Assembly: GCA_028279685.1 (NCBI GenBank)
Contig: JANQNG010000051.1
Coordinates: forward strand, 9 to 64,008
From: Candidatus Nanoarchaeia archaeon
GTDB lineage: Archaea; Nanobdellota; Nanobdellia; Woesearchaeales; SKIA01
Direction of reading: 5' to 3'
DNA: 64,000 bases
The position numbers were made by a program, and so were the translations under genes. Position 1 is the first letter of the stretch, and the number at the start of each line of letters is the position of its first letter. Positions 16,110-24,891 of this stretch are shown one piece after another. The notes under the pieces are model-generated. The model saw only the letters and a list, made by a program, of their open reading frames with translations, searched no databases and was not told the origin of the DNA.

Positions 16110-18203
16110 ATGGATTTGAAAAAACTCATCATTATGCTTATTCTGGGCGCTTTAGTACTTGCTGGCTGTACTACTACACCAACAACACCAACAGTTCCTG
16201 GAGAAGGGACGTACCAAGAAGGAGTCTCATTTGATCCTGATATGAAGATAAAAGCATCTTCTTTTGCTTCTGAGGAAGAATACCTTGCCTTTGTGAAGAA
16301 GAACTCTGGAGGAAGCAACTATTATGGAAGCGGAATGTTAGGAAGAGCAATGGGTGTGGAAGATATGGCTGTTGCAATGGAAACCTCTGAATCAGCACCT
16401 ACTATGGATAAAGGCTATGATCTAGATTACTCAGAAACCAACAACCAAGTTGCTACAGTAGATGAAGCAGATATTATCAAGACTGACGGCAACTACATCT
16501 ACACTGTATCTAAGAAAACATTATACATCATCAAAGCATACCCTGGTGAAGATGCAGAGATTGTCTCAACAATAAAATTTGATAGCAATCCTGAAAGTAT
16601 CTTTATCAATGGAGATCATCTTGCTGTGTTTGGCAATGTTCAGGATTACGATTCAATTAAAGAGCTTGATTTCAGGCCAAATAATGGGTTGACCTATTTC
16701 AATATCTATGATATGTCAGATAGAGAACATCCTGAATTAACAAAGGAATACAAATTTGAAGGTCGTTATTTCCAGGCCAGAATGACTAATGACTGGATTT
16801 ATTTCATCACGAGAACAAGTCCCTATACAAGACCTGTATATCCTACGCCAATTATTATGGAAGACGGTGTTGTAAGAAGTATGCCTGTCGATAGAATGTT
16901 CTTTTATCCGATACCTTACAATTATGCAGAATTTGCAAATATCCATGCAATTAATCTAGCAGATCCTTCAGAAGATATTAATTCTATCAGTGTTGCTGTT
17001 GAAGGAAGTCAAAATATGTATATGTCTGAAGAAAATATCTACATAACATATACTGAAATGATTAATGAATGGGAGATACAAAAAGAAATAATGATGGAAT
17101 TAATGGAACCTTATTTGATTTCATCAGATAAAGAGCTTATTGAGAAAATTAAGAAGACCGATAATGATGTGCTATCTCAAAGAGAAAAGGAGAATAAGAT
17201 TATGCAAATTTATGAGTCTTACGGAGCTTATCTATCGAGAGAAGAACAAGATGAACTAGAGGAAAAAATCGAGAAAATGCTATCAAATAAACTCGAAGCA
17301 TACGAATATCTTGAATGGACTATCATCCATAAAATTACTGTTGATAATGGTGATATTTCCATTAATGCTGACGGCAAAGTACCTGGTCATGTGATCAACC
17401 AATTCTCTATGGATGAATTCGATAATGTATTTAGAATTGCAACTACCATTAGTGCACGATGGTCAAGATTCAATAAAGATCGAACTGAATCAACGAATAA
17501 CATCTATACTTTAGACAAAGACCTTAACGCATTAGATGAATTGACAGGATTAGCAGAAGGTGAAAGAATCTATTCGACAAGATTTATAGGAGATAAACTC
17601 TACATGGTTACTTTTAGACAAGTTGATCCATTCTTTGTGATTGATTTGAGCAATCCAAACAATATCAAAGAGTTAGGTGAATTAAAAATTCCTGGGTTCA
17701 GTCGATATTTACATCCTTACGACGAGAATACCATAATAGGTATTGGTCGTGATGCAACCGAGCAAGGTCGTACAAGAGGACTGAAGATTTCGTTGTTTGA
17801 TGTTTCCGATGTAAGCAATCCTAAAGAAGTTGCTAAGTTTATAACCGATGAGCGTTATGCGCAAAGCACGGCAGAATATGAGCATAAAGCATTCTTATTC
17901 AATAAGGAAAAAGAACTTTTAGTCATACCTGCTTACAGCTATGATTACGAAGATGATGATGGATACAACGGTGCTTTTGTCTTCAAAATAACCAAAGATG
18001 ATATTGAACTTCGAGGACTCATCGATCATAGCAAAGGTATGACTGAAAGATGGTATAGAGCAGGAGTAGAAAGAAGTTTATTCATTGAAGATATGCTTTA
18101 CACCAAGTCAACAAATCTACTAAGAATTAATTCCTTGGAAGATCTGCATGGTGTCAAAGATATAGAACTGGAAAACTCTGATTCAGAGATTCCAGTGTAT
18201 TGA
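16110..18203 (+). CDS. secreted beta-propeller domain lipoprotein (Beta_propel/COG4880 family)
   Basis: Lipobox LVLAGC. VATVDEADIIKTDGNYIY and STRFIGDKLYMVTFRQVDPFFVIDLSNPNNIKELGELKIPGFSRYLHPYDENTIIGIGRD are family hallmarks. Start set at ATG 16110, with AGGAGG 8 nt upstream. Confidence 0.85.
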   Translation: MDLKKLIIMLILGALVLAGCTTTPTTPTVPGEGTYQEGVSFDPDMKIKASSFASEEEYLAFVKKNSGGSNYYGSGMLGRAMGVEDMAVAMETSESAPTMDKGYDLDYSETNNQVATVDEADIIKTDGNYIYTVSKKTLYIIKAYPGEDAEIVSTIKFDSNPESIFINGDHLAVFGNVQDYDSIKELDFRPNNGLTYFNIYDMSDREHPELTKEYKFEGRYFQARMTNDWIYFITRTSPYTRPVYPTPIIMEDGVVRSMPVDRMFFYPIPYNYAEFANIHAINLADPSEDINSISVAVEGSQNMYMSEENIYITYTEMINEWEIQKEIMMELMEPYLISSDKELIEKIKKTDNDVLSQREKENKIMQIYESYGAYLSREEQDELEEKIEKMLSNKLEAYEYLEWTIIHKITVDNGDISINADGKVPGHVINQFSMDEFDNVFRIATTISARWSRFNKDRTESTNNIYTLDKDLNALDELTGLAEGERIYSTRFIGDKLYMVTFRQVDPFFVIDLSNPNNIKELGELKIPGFSRYLHPYDENTIIGIGRDATEQGRTRGLKISLFDVSDVSNPKEVAKFITDERYAQSTAEYEHKAFLFNKEKELLVIPAYSYDYEDDDGYNGAFVFKITKDDIELRGLIDHSKGMTERWYRAGVERSLFIEDMLYTKSTNLLRINSLEDLHGVKDIELENSDSEIPVY

Positions 18204-18208
18204 TTTTT

Positions 18209-19000
18209 TTATTTTTTTACAATTAAAACATCAGCCGCATTCTTCAAATATGCATCAACTTTCTCATAGTCAAGCTCATTATTGTTATCTCTTAATCCTC
18301 CTTCTGCGTCAATAAAGAAGTCAGCATCATATCCTTCTTTAATCATTTTTAATTTATCACCAACATTATTTCCATCAAATCCTCCTGCGACACCCATCAA
18401 AGCATTTGGCAAAGCTTCAGAAAGTATGTTCATCATCATTATTCCTTCTTCAAGATCAAAAGGAATTCCCCTACCCATAGAAGGATCAAATAAACAATAA
18501 TCTACAAGAGCATCATATTCCTGTACTTTCTCACTAATCTCATTGAGTGTAAATCCTTCAGTTGCCCAGCCAGAAATTTGAAGCACAATTTCCATATTCC
18601 TGAATTTGTTTTTTATTTTCTCAACTTCATTTATTTTGGGCCAAGGAAGATTTAACTGCACCGCTTTACACACATCATAGAGATTATTAAGCATAAATAC
18701 CTGTTCTATTTCATCAGCAAGCATATTAAAATTTTTAGTATAATAATGAATCATAGGAATAGCCTCGTCAGAAACTGCTGAAACAATTTTTGCAAGATCA
18801 TTCATGCAAGGTCCTCTTTTTCCAACTTTTGCGTAATCTTCTAATTTCCGAGGAGAAGATGGAAAGCCATACATTCCTGTTACATTTTCGTTATATTCAT
18901 ATTTTCTATATGATGAAGAAATAGCAAACACATCTTGCAATGTCTTCACTCCTGTAATACCAACATAAGGTTTCATAAAGCGTGAAATTAGAGAACACAT
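18209..19000 (-). CDS. TIM-barrel protein, phosphoribosylanthranilate isomerase (TrpF)-like
   Basis: YVGITGVKTLQDV, AVQLNLPW, CLFDPSMGRGIPFD, GVAGGFDGNNV and FFIDAEGGLRD follow the order of PRAI motifs. No other trp genes are nearby. Confidence 0.45.
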   Translation of the reverse strand: MCSLISRFMKPYVGITGVKTLQDVFAISSSYRKYEYNENVTGMYGFPSSPRKLEDYAKVGKRGPCMNDLAKIVSAVSDEAIPMIHYYTKNFNMLADEIEQVFMLNNLYDVCKAVQLNLPWPKINEVEKIKNKFRNMEIVLQISGWATEGFTLNEISEKVQEYDALVDYCLFDPSMGRGIPFDLEEGIMMMNILSEALPNALMGVAGGFDGNNVGDKLKMIKEGYDADFFIDAEGGLRDNNNELDYEKVDAYLKNAADVLIVKK

Positions 19001-19042
19001 ATAAATTTTCTTGTCCGGAAAATATTCACTGAGTAAATATAT

Positions 19043-19237
19043 TCAAGCAATCAAATGTAACATGCCAGAATCTCCACAGTAGAAATACAGTTTGTTAATA
19101 TGTTTGATATATCTTTTCAATCTATGTAGTTGTTTCTTTGCTTTTACAATCCTATGGGAACACTTGACTTCATAGAGATCAACCTTGCCATCTTTTACGC
19201 CGCAAAGATCAGCTTCAACGTACGTCTTCTTCGTCAT
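19043..19237 (-). CDS. small PD-(D/E)xK-like nuclease remnant or short ORF
   Basis: DLCGVKDGKVDLYEVKCS resembles the D...ExK core of Hjc-like nucleases. The frame stays open upstream to 19330 (CVCTKHDDYVKELKHKVSHRYD...) without an ATG, GTG or TTG. Confidence 0.3.
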   Translation of the reverse strand: MTKKTYVEADLCGVKDGKVDLYEVKCSHRIVKAKKQLHRLKRYIKHINKLYFYCGDSGMLHLIA

Positions 19238-19438
19238 AGGAATACGAACATTCGTAGATATAGCATCATATCGATGAGAAACCTTATGTTTCAGCTCTTT
19301 GACGTAGTCATCATGCTTCGTGCAAACACACCCCTATATAACGCCTATATACTTAACAATCAAAGTCTTATTTAAATTTTTCGGTATTGCCGAAAAAGTC
19401 AGCATAAGCTTTTTAAGATCTTCCTTCCCGCTGTATCT

Positions 19439-20095
19439 ATGGAAAACCTTGCAGAAAAAGCCTTTAGAGAACTCTTTCCAAACAGACAGCTCAAGAGAAT
19501 CATCAATATCAAATACTCAGGTCATTTCAAAGACTTTAATGCCAATGTCTCTTACGATAGTGAAAGTATGCAATTCTCTCTTTCTAAAGCATGGAAAGAG
19601 ATTAGCGAGGATATCCAAATAGGATTAGTTCAGCATTTGTTGCTAAAAATCTACAAGTCAAAGAAGAATACCATCAATCTTGACTTGTATGATAAATTCA
19701 TGAAAAACATCACTAAATATGCAAAAGTAACAGAGCAAGATGAACTTTTGAGCCATTATTTCGATGAGCTCAATGATCAATACTTCAACGGTATGATGAA
19801 CAAACCCAATCTGATTTGGGGAACTGATTCCACTGCAAAACTTGGTTGCTATACGTATGGCACAGATAGTATTATGATCTCTACTGTATTAAAGGAAGAA
19901 CCAGATCTTTTGAAATTTGTTCTTTATCACGAAATGCTTCACAAAAAGCACACCTTCACCACGAAAAACAACAAATCATACTATCATACAAAAGCTTTCA
20001 AAGATGATGAAAAAAAATTCTATTTGAAGAATGCCGAACAGCAACTAGAGCGATTCCTTAAAAGAAAAAGATGGAAAAAACTATTATCGTTTTGA
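19439..20095 (+). CDS. SprT/DUF45-like zinc metallopeptidase (HExxH)
   Basis: FVLYHEMLHKKH...YHTKAFKDDEKKF. HExxH followed by an H-x-x-x-F motif, as in SprT/YgjP-type proteins. Confidence 0.5.
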   Translation: MENLAEKAFRELFPNRQLKRIINIKYSGHFKDFNANVSYDSESMQFSLSKAWKEISEDIQIGLVQHLLLKIYKSKKNTINLDLYDKFMKNITKYAKVTEQDELLSHYFDELNDQYFNGMMNKPNLIWGTDSTAKLGCYTYGTDSIMISTVLKEEPDLLKFVLYHEMLHKKHTFTTKNNKSYYHTKAFKDDEKKFYLKNAEQQLERFLKRKRWKKLLSF

Positions 20096-20100
20096 TAAAT

Positions 20101-20197
20101 TCGCTGCCTCGCTTCGTATTAGAGGAGTAATCAAACGAAGAAATCCGATTCGCCACAATCCTATATGAAAATTAAGTACTTTGCTGGGAGGCAGCGA
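20101..20197. repeat. structured intergenic element, copy A (10-bp closing stem, conserved internal blocks, T6 tract downstream)
   Basis: TCGCTGCCTC (20101-20110) pairs with GAGGCAGCGA (20188-20197). The blocks GCTTCGTATT, AAGAAATC, ATTCGCCACAATCC and AAGTACTTTGC recur with the same spacing at 27529-27615. Confidence 0.6.
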
Positions 20198-20203
20198 TTT
20201 TTT

Positions 20204-20542
20204 CTAATGCTTAGGAAGAAAATGCCTTTTCTTTCCTTTAACTTTACGTTTCTTTTTGCTCTTCTTAACCACCTTATGCAATGCTCTCTTGCGAGCAAGA
20301 TCCGCTTCATGAAGTAATTTTTCTCGCTCCTTTTTGTGACGCGGCATATGCACTGCTAAATCATCTTCAATAGGCTCTTTCGTCATGCTTATTAAAGCAG
20401 AAATCAGCATAATCACAAATACAATACAGAATGTAACACCCCATGTGACATTCTTGTCCATCACCCAGATGAGACTTATTATTATTCCGAGAATACTCGA
20501 TAACATAAATCCTGAAGATAAATGCACGGCCTTGAATGCCAT
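20204..20542 (-). CDS. small membrane protein with basic C-terminal tail
   Basis: Two predicted TM helices, then a KKSKKKRKVKGKKRH tail. No recognisable family. Confidence 0.5.
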   Translation of the reverse strand: MAFKAVHLSSGFMLSSILGIIISLIWVMDKNVTWGVTFCIVFVIMLISALISMTKEPIEDDLAVHMPRHKKEREKLLHEADLARKRALHKVVKKSKKKRKVKGKKRHFLPKH

Positions 20543-20557
20543 GTTCTCATCACCCCT

Positions 20558-21487
20558 TTAACAATCTTTAATATTACCGCCTTTGCTGACATCACAGCTA
20601 AAAATTGGTGTTTCTGCTATCTTCGTTACTCCATCATATAGTATGACTCTGATCTTTTTATTCTCATTGAAATCTTTGAAATTGTTCTGATGCGTAGTCT
20701 TAATTACAATATTAGGTTGTGTGACTGAATTTGCAGGAACTAACGCAACGGTGTAACCTTGGCGAGGAATGGTCTCAAAATTCTCTCCATAATCAGATTC
20801 ATCCCAAATGAATAGTTGAGCATCCATATCTGTATATTGCAATCCAAGACCATTATTGATTCTAAGATAAATCTTTTCTAAGTGCACCATATCATCGTCA
20901 GCAACAATGCCTGTGTTTGTCGTATCTCCTTCTGCAAAATACTCATAAAGTACTCTTTGTACATTTGCGGTAAAGACTCCTGGAGTAGGTGCATTTGGAT
21001 CTGTGGTTTGGCATTCACCATCGACATAATATTGACCATTCACATTCGTACAGACCCCTCCACAATCAATATTTGTCTCATCCTGATTCACAATACCATC
21101 ATTACACGTCTCCTCTGGTGCATCAGGTTCTGGTTCGGGCTCAGGGTCTAAATGGCATTCTCCACTCCACCAATATCCTCCATTAACAGAAGTACATGCT
21201 CCTCCACAATCTATATTCGTTTCATCTTGATTCTTGATGCCATCACTGCACGTTGCTTCAGGAGTTGCTACTGGATCAGACGCTTCTCCACCATCATCAA
21301 CAGGATCAAGCAGTTCTCTCTCGTTTGCATTAATAGAATCACCAAGCAATTGTGTTCCTAGACTACATTCTCCTTTGAAAAAATAAGCATGAACAAGCAA
21401 TCCTATGAGAATAACAATAATACCAATATAGGCAGCACGCTCAAATGCCCTCTTGCTAATCGTTATCTGAATCTCTTCCATTAGCAT
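20558..21487 (-). CDS. membrane-anchored extracellular protein with two C-x-DG-x-x-NQDETNIDCGG-x-C repeats
   Basis: TM anchor, then ATCSDGIKNQDETNIDCGGACTSVNGGYWWSGEC and ETCNDGIVNQDETNIDCGGVCTNVNGQYYVDGEC, separated by a PEPEPEP linker. Confidence 0.7.
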   Translation of the reverse strand: MLMEEIQITISKRAFERAAYIGIIVILIGLLVHAYFFKGECSLGTQLLGDSINANERELLDPVDDGGEASDPVATPEATCSDGIKNQDETNIDCGGACTSVNGGYWWSGECHLDPEPEPEPDAPEETCNDGIVNQDETNIDCGGVCTNVNGQYYVDGECQTTDPNAPTPGVFTANVQRVLYEYFAEGDTTNTGIVADDDMVHLEKIYLRINNGLGLQYTDMDAQLFIWDESDYGENFETIPRQGYTVALVPANSVTQPNIVIKTTHQNNFKDFNENKKIRVILYDGVTKIAETPIFSCDVSKGGNIKDC

Positions 21488-21633
21488 TATTGACTCTGCC
21501 GACCTTTTTAAATGTTACTGAAAATTGCATGAATCCAAACACCCTATTTTAAGCACAGTTTCCAGTTCAAAATTTGCCAAAGATCACTATATTTACCACC
21601 TATCTATAACCAAGCAGATGTTATTACAAATAA

Positions 21634-22761
21634 TTACAACTCTTGTAACGCCCGTATCAGCTGTTTTGTCGTTTTTTCCCACTTAAACTGCTTCACCACA
21701 GTCTCTCTTGCAGCTTTGCCTACTTTAGTCATAATTTCACGATGATTCATCAAGAATTTAAGCTTGCTATAAAGCGCATAACTATCTTGTTTCCTAATAA
21801 GAAATCCATTTTTACCCTCAGTAATATAGTCTTTGATATACCCCACTGAAGTAGCAATCACAGGAAGGCCGCAACTCATCGCTTCAAGTACCGAAAGACA
21901 GGTCGTCTCTGTCAAAGAAGTATGGCAATAGACGTCCATTGCTTGTAGCCAAGGCACTACTTCATCTTGCCTTCCTGCTACAAGAACATTTCTCTGACGA
22001 TGCATAATATCTTTCAATGTTTTCAATCCCTCTCCAACAATAAGCAATACTGCTGTGGGAAACTCATTTCGAATCCTGGCAAAAGCCCTGAGCAGGGTCT
22101 TGAGATCTTTCTCATGAGATAGTCTTCCATGATATCCTATGACAAAATTTTCAGAACCAATCCCTGCTTTTTTCTTTGCTTTTCTTTTTGCAGAAGAAGG
22201 CCTGAATGTTTTTGCATCGACACCAAGCTGCACAACTTTATTCATAGTATAGATGTGATTCCATTCAAAAATATCAATAACTCCTTGCGATGGAGAAAGC
22301 AATAAATCTACTTTTCTATAATTTCTCTTCGCAAATATTTTTGCGATGCTCCCTATAAGCACTTTCAAAAAACTATTATTCAATGCTCTGGGTAAAAGTT
22401 CCCATTCAATACTGTTGATGAATGCAGCTGTTTTCTTATTGAATTTTCTCCCATATGTTAGTGCATGATATCCTATAACACCTAATGACTGAACCCAAAC
22501 AATATCTGCTTCTGCAACAGCTTCTTTAATTGTCTTCTTGTCCAGCTTGGGAAGAACATAATCTCCTATTATTTTTTTTGAGAGAGGTATTCGCCACATC
22601 TTGAAAGGTTTTTTTACCAGCTTACCATAATTAGGACAAAGCACCATAACATCGAAATACTTTCTTAATGAAGGTATGACTTGTGTAAGAAATCGTGTAA
22701 TACCATCTCTTCTTGGTTCGAAATTGTCTGTTGCAATGAGGAGTTTTTTCATCTTACCCAT
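21634..22761 (-). CDS. glycosyltransferase family 4 (GT-B fold)
   Basis: GYHGRLSHEKD..., SLTETTCLSVLEAMSCGLPVIAT, EGKNGFL, i.e. the E-x7-E type GT4 C-terminal domain. Confidence 0.85.
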   Translation of the reverse strand: MGKMKKLLIATDNFEPRRDGITRFLTQVIPSLRKYFDVMVLCPNYGKLVKKPFKMWRIPLSKKIIGDYVLPKLDKKTIKEAVAEADIVWVQSLGVIGYHALTYGRKFNKKTAAFINSIEWELLPRALNNSFLKVLIGSIAKIFAKRNYRKVDLLLSPSQGVIDIFEWNHIYTMNKVVQLGVDAKTFRPSSAKRKAKKKAGIGSENFVIGYHGRLSHEKDLKTLLRAFARIRNEFPTAVLLIVGEGLKTLKDIMHRQRNVLVAGRQDEVVPWLQAMDVYCHTSLTETTCLSVLEAMSCGLPVIATSVGYIKDYITEGKNGFLIRKQDSYALYSKLKFLMNHREIMTKVGKAARETVVKQFKWEKTTKQLIRALQEL

Positions 22762-23395
22762 ACCTCAAAAATGTTTCGACATATTTTGTTTTATATTTAA
22801 TTCCTTCAAAAACTGCCTTGAAAAAAATAAAAGGATACAACATATAAATTACGAGCTTTTGCGATTCATACACGTCGAGTGCCTTGATTTTCTTAACGAA
22901 CATTGAAGAGATATCAATAATCAATTTAGGGTTCTGTCTTTTGCCAAAATAGAAAGGATTCCAGACTTTAAACATATAGATTGCTTTTGTATAGTTTGCT
23001 TTTTTAATTGCTTTTAGAATAAATTTTCCGACAGCATCATGATTGAAGAAAACATCACCCGGATAATGAGTAAAAATTTGATGCGGTTTTATTTTTTTTA
23101 TGATCGCAACTACTTTACTGAAAACTTCTTTCTTATTCAAATCATCTTTGAGACTAAGGTCTCTCAGCCCAAGAAAGATCGTCTCATGCACACCAAGTAT
23201 CTGGCCTGCCTTTTTTGTCTCTTTCTCTCTTTCTTTTATTGTATGCTCTTTCTTCAGCCAGAAAGGAAAGTTTTCTCCGCTTGAAAAAATAACTACCGTC
23301 ACTTTTTTCTTTTCCTGAGCATATTTTGCTAATGTGCCTCCTACACCAATAATCTCATCATCAGGATGCGCACAAAACACAAGTATTCTTTCCAT
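22754..23395 (-). CDS. PIG-L/LmbE family deacetylase
   Basis: ILVFCAHPDDEIIGVGGTLAKY signature. Overlaps the GT4 gene start by 8 nt. Confidence 0.85.
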   Translation of the reverse strand: MERILVFCAHPDDEIIGVGGTLAKYAQEKKKVTVVIFSSGENFPFWLKKEHTIKEREKETKKAGQILGVHETIFLGLRDLSLKDDLNKKEVFSKVVAIIKKIKPHQIFTHYPGDVFFNHDAVGKFILKAIKKANYTKAIYMFKVWNPFYFGKRQNPKLIIDISSMFVKKIKALDVYESQKLVIYMLYPFIFFKAVFEGIKYKTKYVETFLRYG

Positions 23396-23492
23396 ACTTT
23401 AATGGCATTATTGCTCTTTATTAAGTTTACGAGAATAAACAATCACAATATTTAAAAAAACAAGTTTTTTCTATGGTGAAGGAGGTAGCATT

Positions 23493-23804
23493 ATGGTTGA
23501 GCATTTGACAGCAGATACATTTGATGAAAAAACAAAGAAAGGCAAGGTTGTCATTGATTTCTACGCTGAATGGTGTGGCCCTTGCATGCAGTTCAAGCCA
23601 ATTTTCGAGAAAATTGCAGAAGAAATGAAAGATATCCACTTTTTCAAAGTTAACGTCGATGAAGAATCAGAAATAGCAGGAAAATTCGGCGTTATGAGCA
23701 TTCCAACCATTATCTTTCTCAACGATGGAGAGGAGAAGCATAAATCAATGGGTGCTTTGAGTGAATCCTCGTTCAAAAAGGCAGTCAAGGATACTTTTCA
23801 ATGA
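23493..23804 (+). CDS. trxA: thioredoxin
   Basis: DFYAEWCGPCMQFKP (WCGPC active site), ~103 aa, VMSIPTIIF. Confidence 0.95.
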   Translation: MVEHLTADTFDEKTKKGKVVIDFYAEWCGPCMQFKPIFEKIAEEMKDIHFFKVNVDEESEIAGKFGVMSIPTIIFLNDGEEKHKSMGALSESSFKKAVKDTFQ

Positions 23805-24565
23805 TTGTTCACAATATCAATCCAGATATCATTACTGTTGGAGGTTTGCATATCCGATGGTATGGACTAGTATATGCACTTGGATTTCTTGCTATATTTT
23901 TTTTTCTCAAATGGTATCATAAAAAGCACAAAATACAACATCTTACTAGTGAACGTATTGACACATTACTTATCTATCTTATTATCGGCACTATTCTTGG
24001 AGGAAGATTATTGCTTTTCCTTTTCTATCATCCTTCTATTTGGTGGACAGATCCTCTTCAAATTCTGAAAATTTGGGAGGGAGGAATGTCTTTCCATGGA
24101 GCACTCATAGGATTAGTGATAGCTATTATACTCTTTTGTAAAAGATACAAAATTGATTTTTATCGCATTACTGATCTTATCGTGATCCCTGGAGCATTAT
24201 TCTTGTTTTTTGGCAGAATAGCAAATTTTGTGAATGGCGAACTTTGGGGCATCCCCTCTAATGTTCCTTGGTGTGTCCAATTCCAAGGTATCGAAGGATG
24301 TAGACACCCTTCACAACTCTATGAAGCACTAAAGAATCTTACGATATTCTTTATTCTTTTATGGATAAAAAATATCAAGAAACTCAGGAAAGGAGTCCTC
24401 ACTTGGTCTTTCATCGGACTCTATGGTCTGCTTCGATTCCTCGTGAATTTCTGGCGAGATGATCCTGTTTTATTGCTTGGTATTAGTACAGGCCAATGGC
24501 TCAGTTTGCTTATGTTCTTTGCTGCAACAGGATGGTTCATAAAGAATAACATTAAAAAGAAATAA
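23801..24565 (+). CDS. lgt: prolipoprotein (phosphatidylglycerol) diacylglyceryl transferase
   Basis: IRWYGLVYALGF, WEGGMSFHGALIG, GRIANFVNGELWG and RHPSQLYEAL are collinear with bacterial Lgt signatures. ATGA overlap with trxA. Confidence 0.93.
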   Translation: MIVHNINPDIITVGGLHIRWYGLVYALGFLAIFFFLKWYHKKHKIQHLTSERIDTLLIYLIIGTILGGRLLLFLFYHPSIWWTDPLQILKIWEGGMSFHGALIGLVIAIILFCKRYKIDFYRITDLIVIPGALFLFFGRIANFVNGELWGIPSNVPWCVQFQGIEGCRHPSQLYEALKNLTIFFILLWIKNIKKLRKGVLTWSFIGLYGLLRFLVNFWRDDPVLLLGISTGQWLSLLMFFAATGWFIKNNIKKK

Positions 24566-24582
24566 ACGTTCTGTTTCTGTAT

Positions 24583-24703
24583 GCTCCCGTCGTTCAGCTT
24601 GGATGCAATTTTGCAGAGCACATAGGACACAGGATTGCGGATCCTGAGACCCGGGTTCAAATGCAACAGTCAATGACGTTGCTTGAAAGTCCCGGCGGGA
24701 GCG
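24583..24703 (+). tRNA. tRNA-Arg(GCG) with two putative non-canonical introns (D-loop ~24605-24623; T-loop 24663-24690)
   Basis: Acceptor GCTCCCG/CGGGAGC. D stem GTTC/GGAC. Anticodon arm CAGGA-TTGCGGA-TCCTG. T stem CCGGG/CCCGG with TTCAAAT loop. Discriminator G, no encoded CCA, T-rich tract downstream. The D and T loops are 19 and 28 nt too long unless spliced. Confidence 0.8.
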
Positions 24704-24891
24704 TTATTTTCCAGATTATTCAAGCTTGTCTTGAATAGACCTGTACAAGCTCTGCTTGTACATACAAAGCCACTATATGACTTTGGCATCTTGCTTCTAA
24801 TATTCGAAATATAAGGTAGAGCGCTTTTTCACCTTCTTTTTTAAAGAGCACAAACAAAATTTATATAGTAGCTTTTCTAGAATTACATATT

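Noticed and set aside
15968-16318. 116-aa minus-strand ORF across the beta-propeller gene start
   Set aside because: It overlaps the signal-peptide/lipobox region of a gene with a strong AGGAGG-ATG start and family motifs. It has no independent support.
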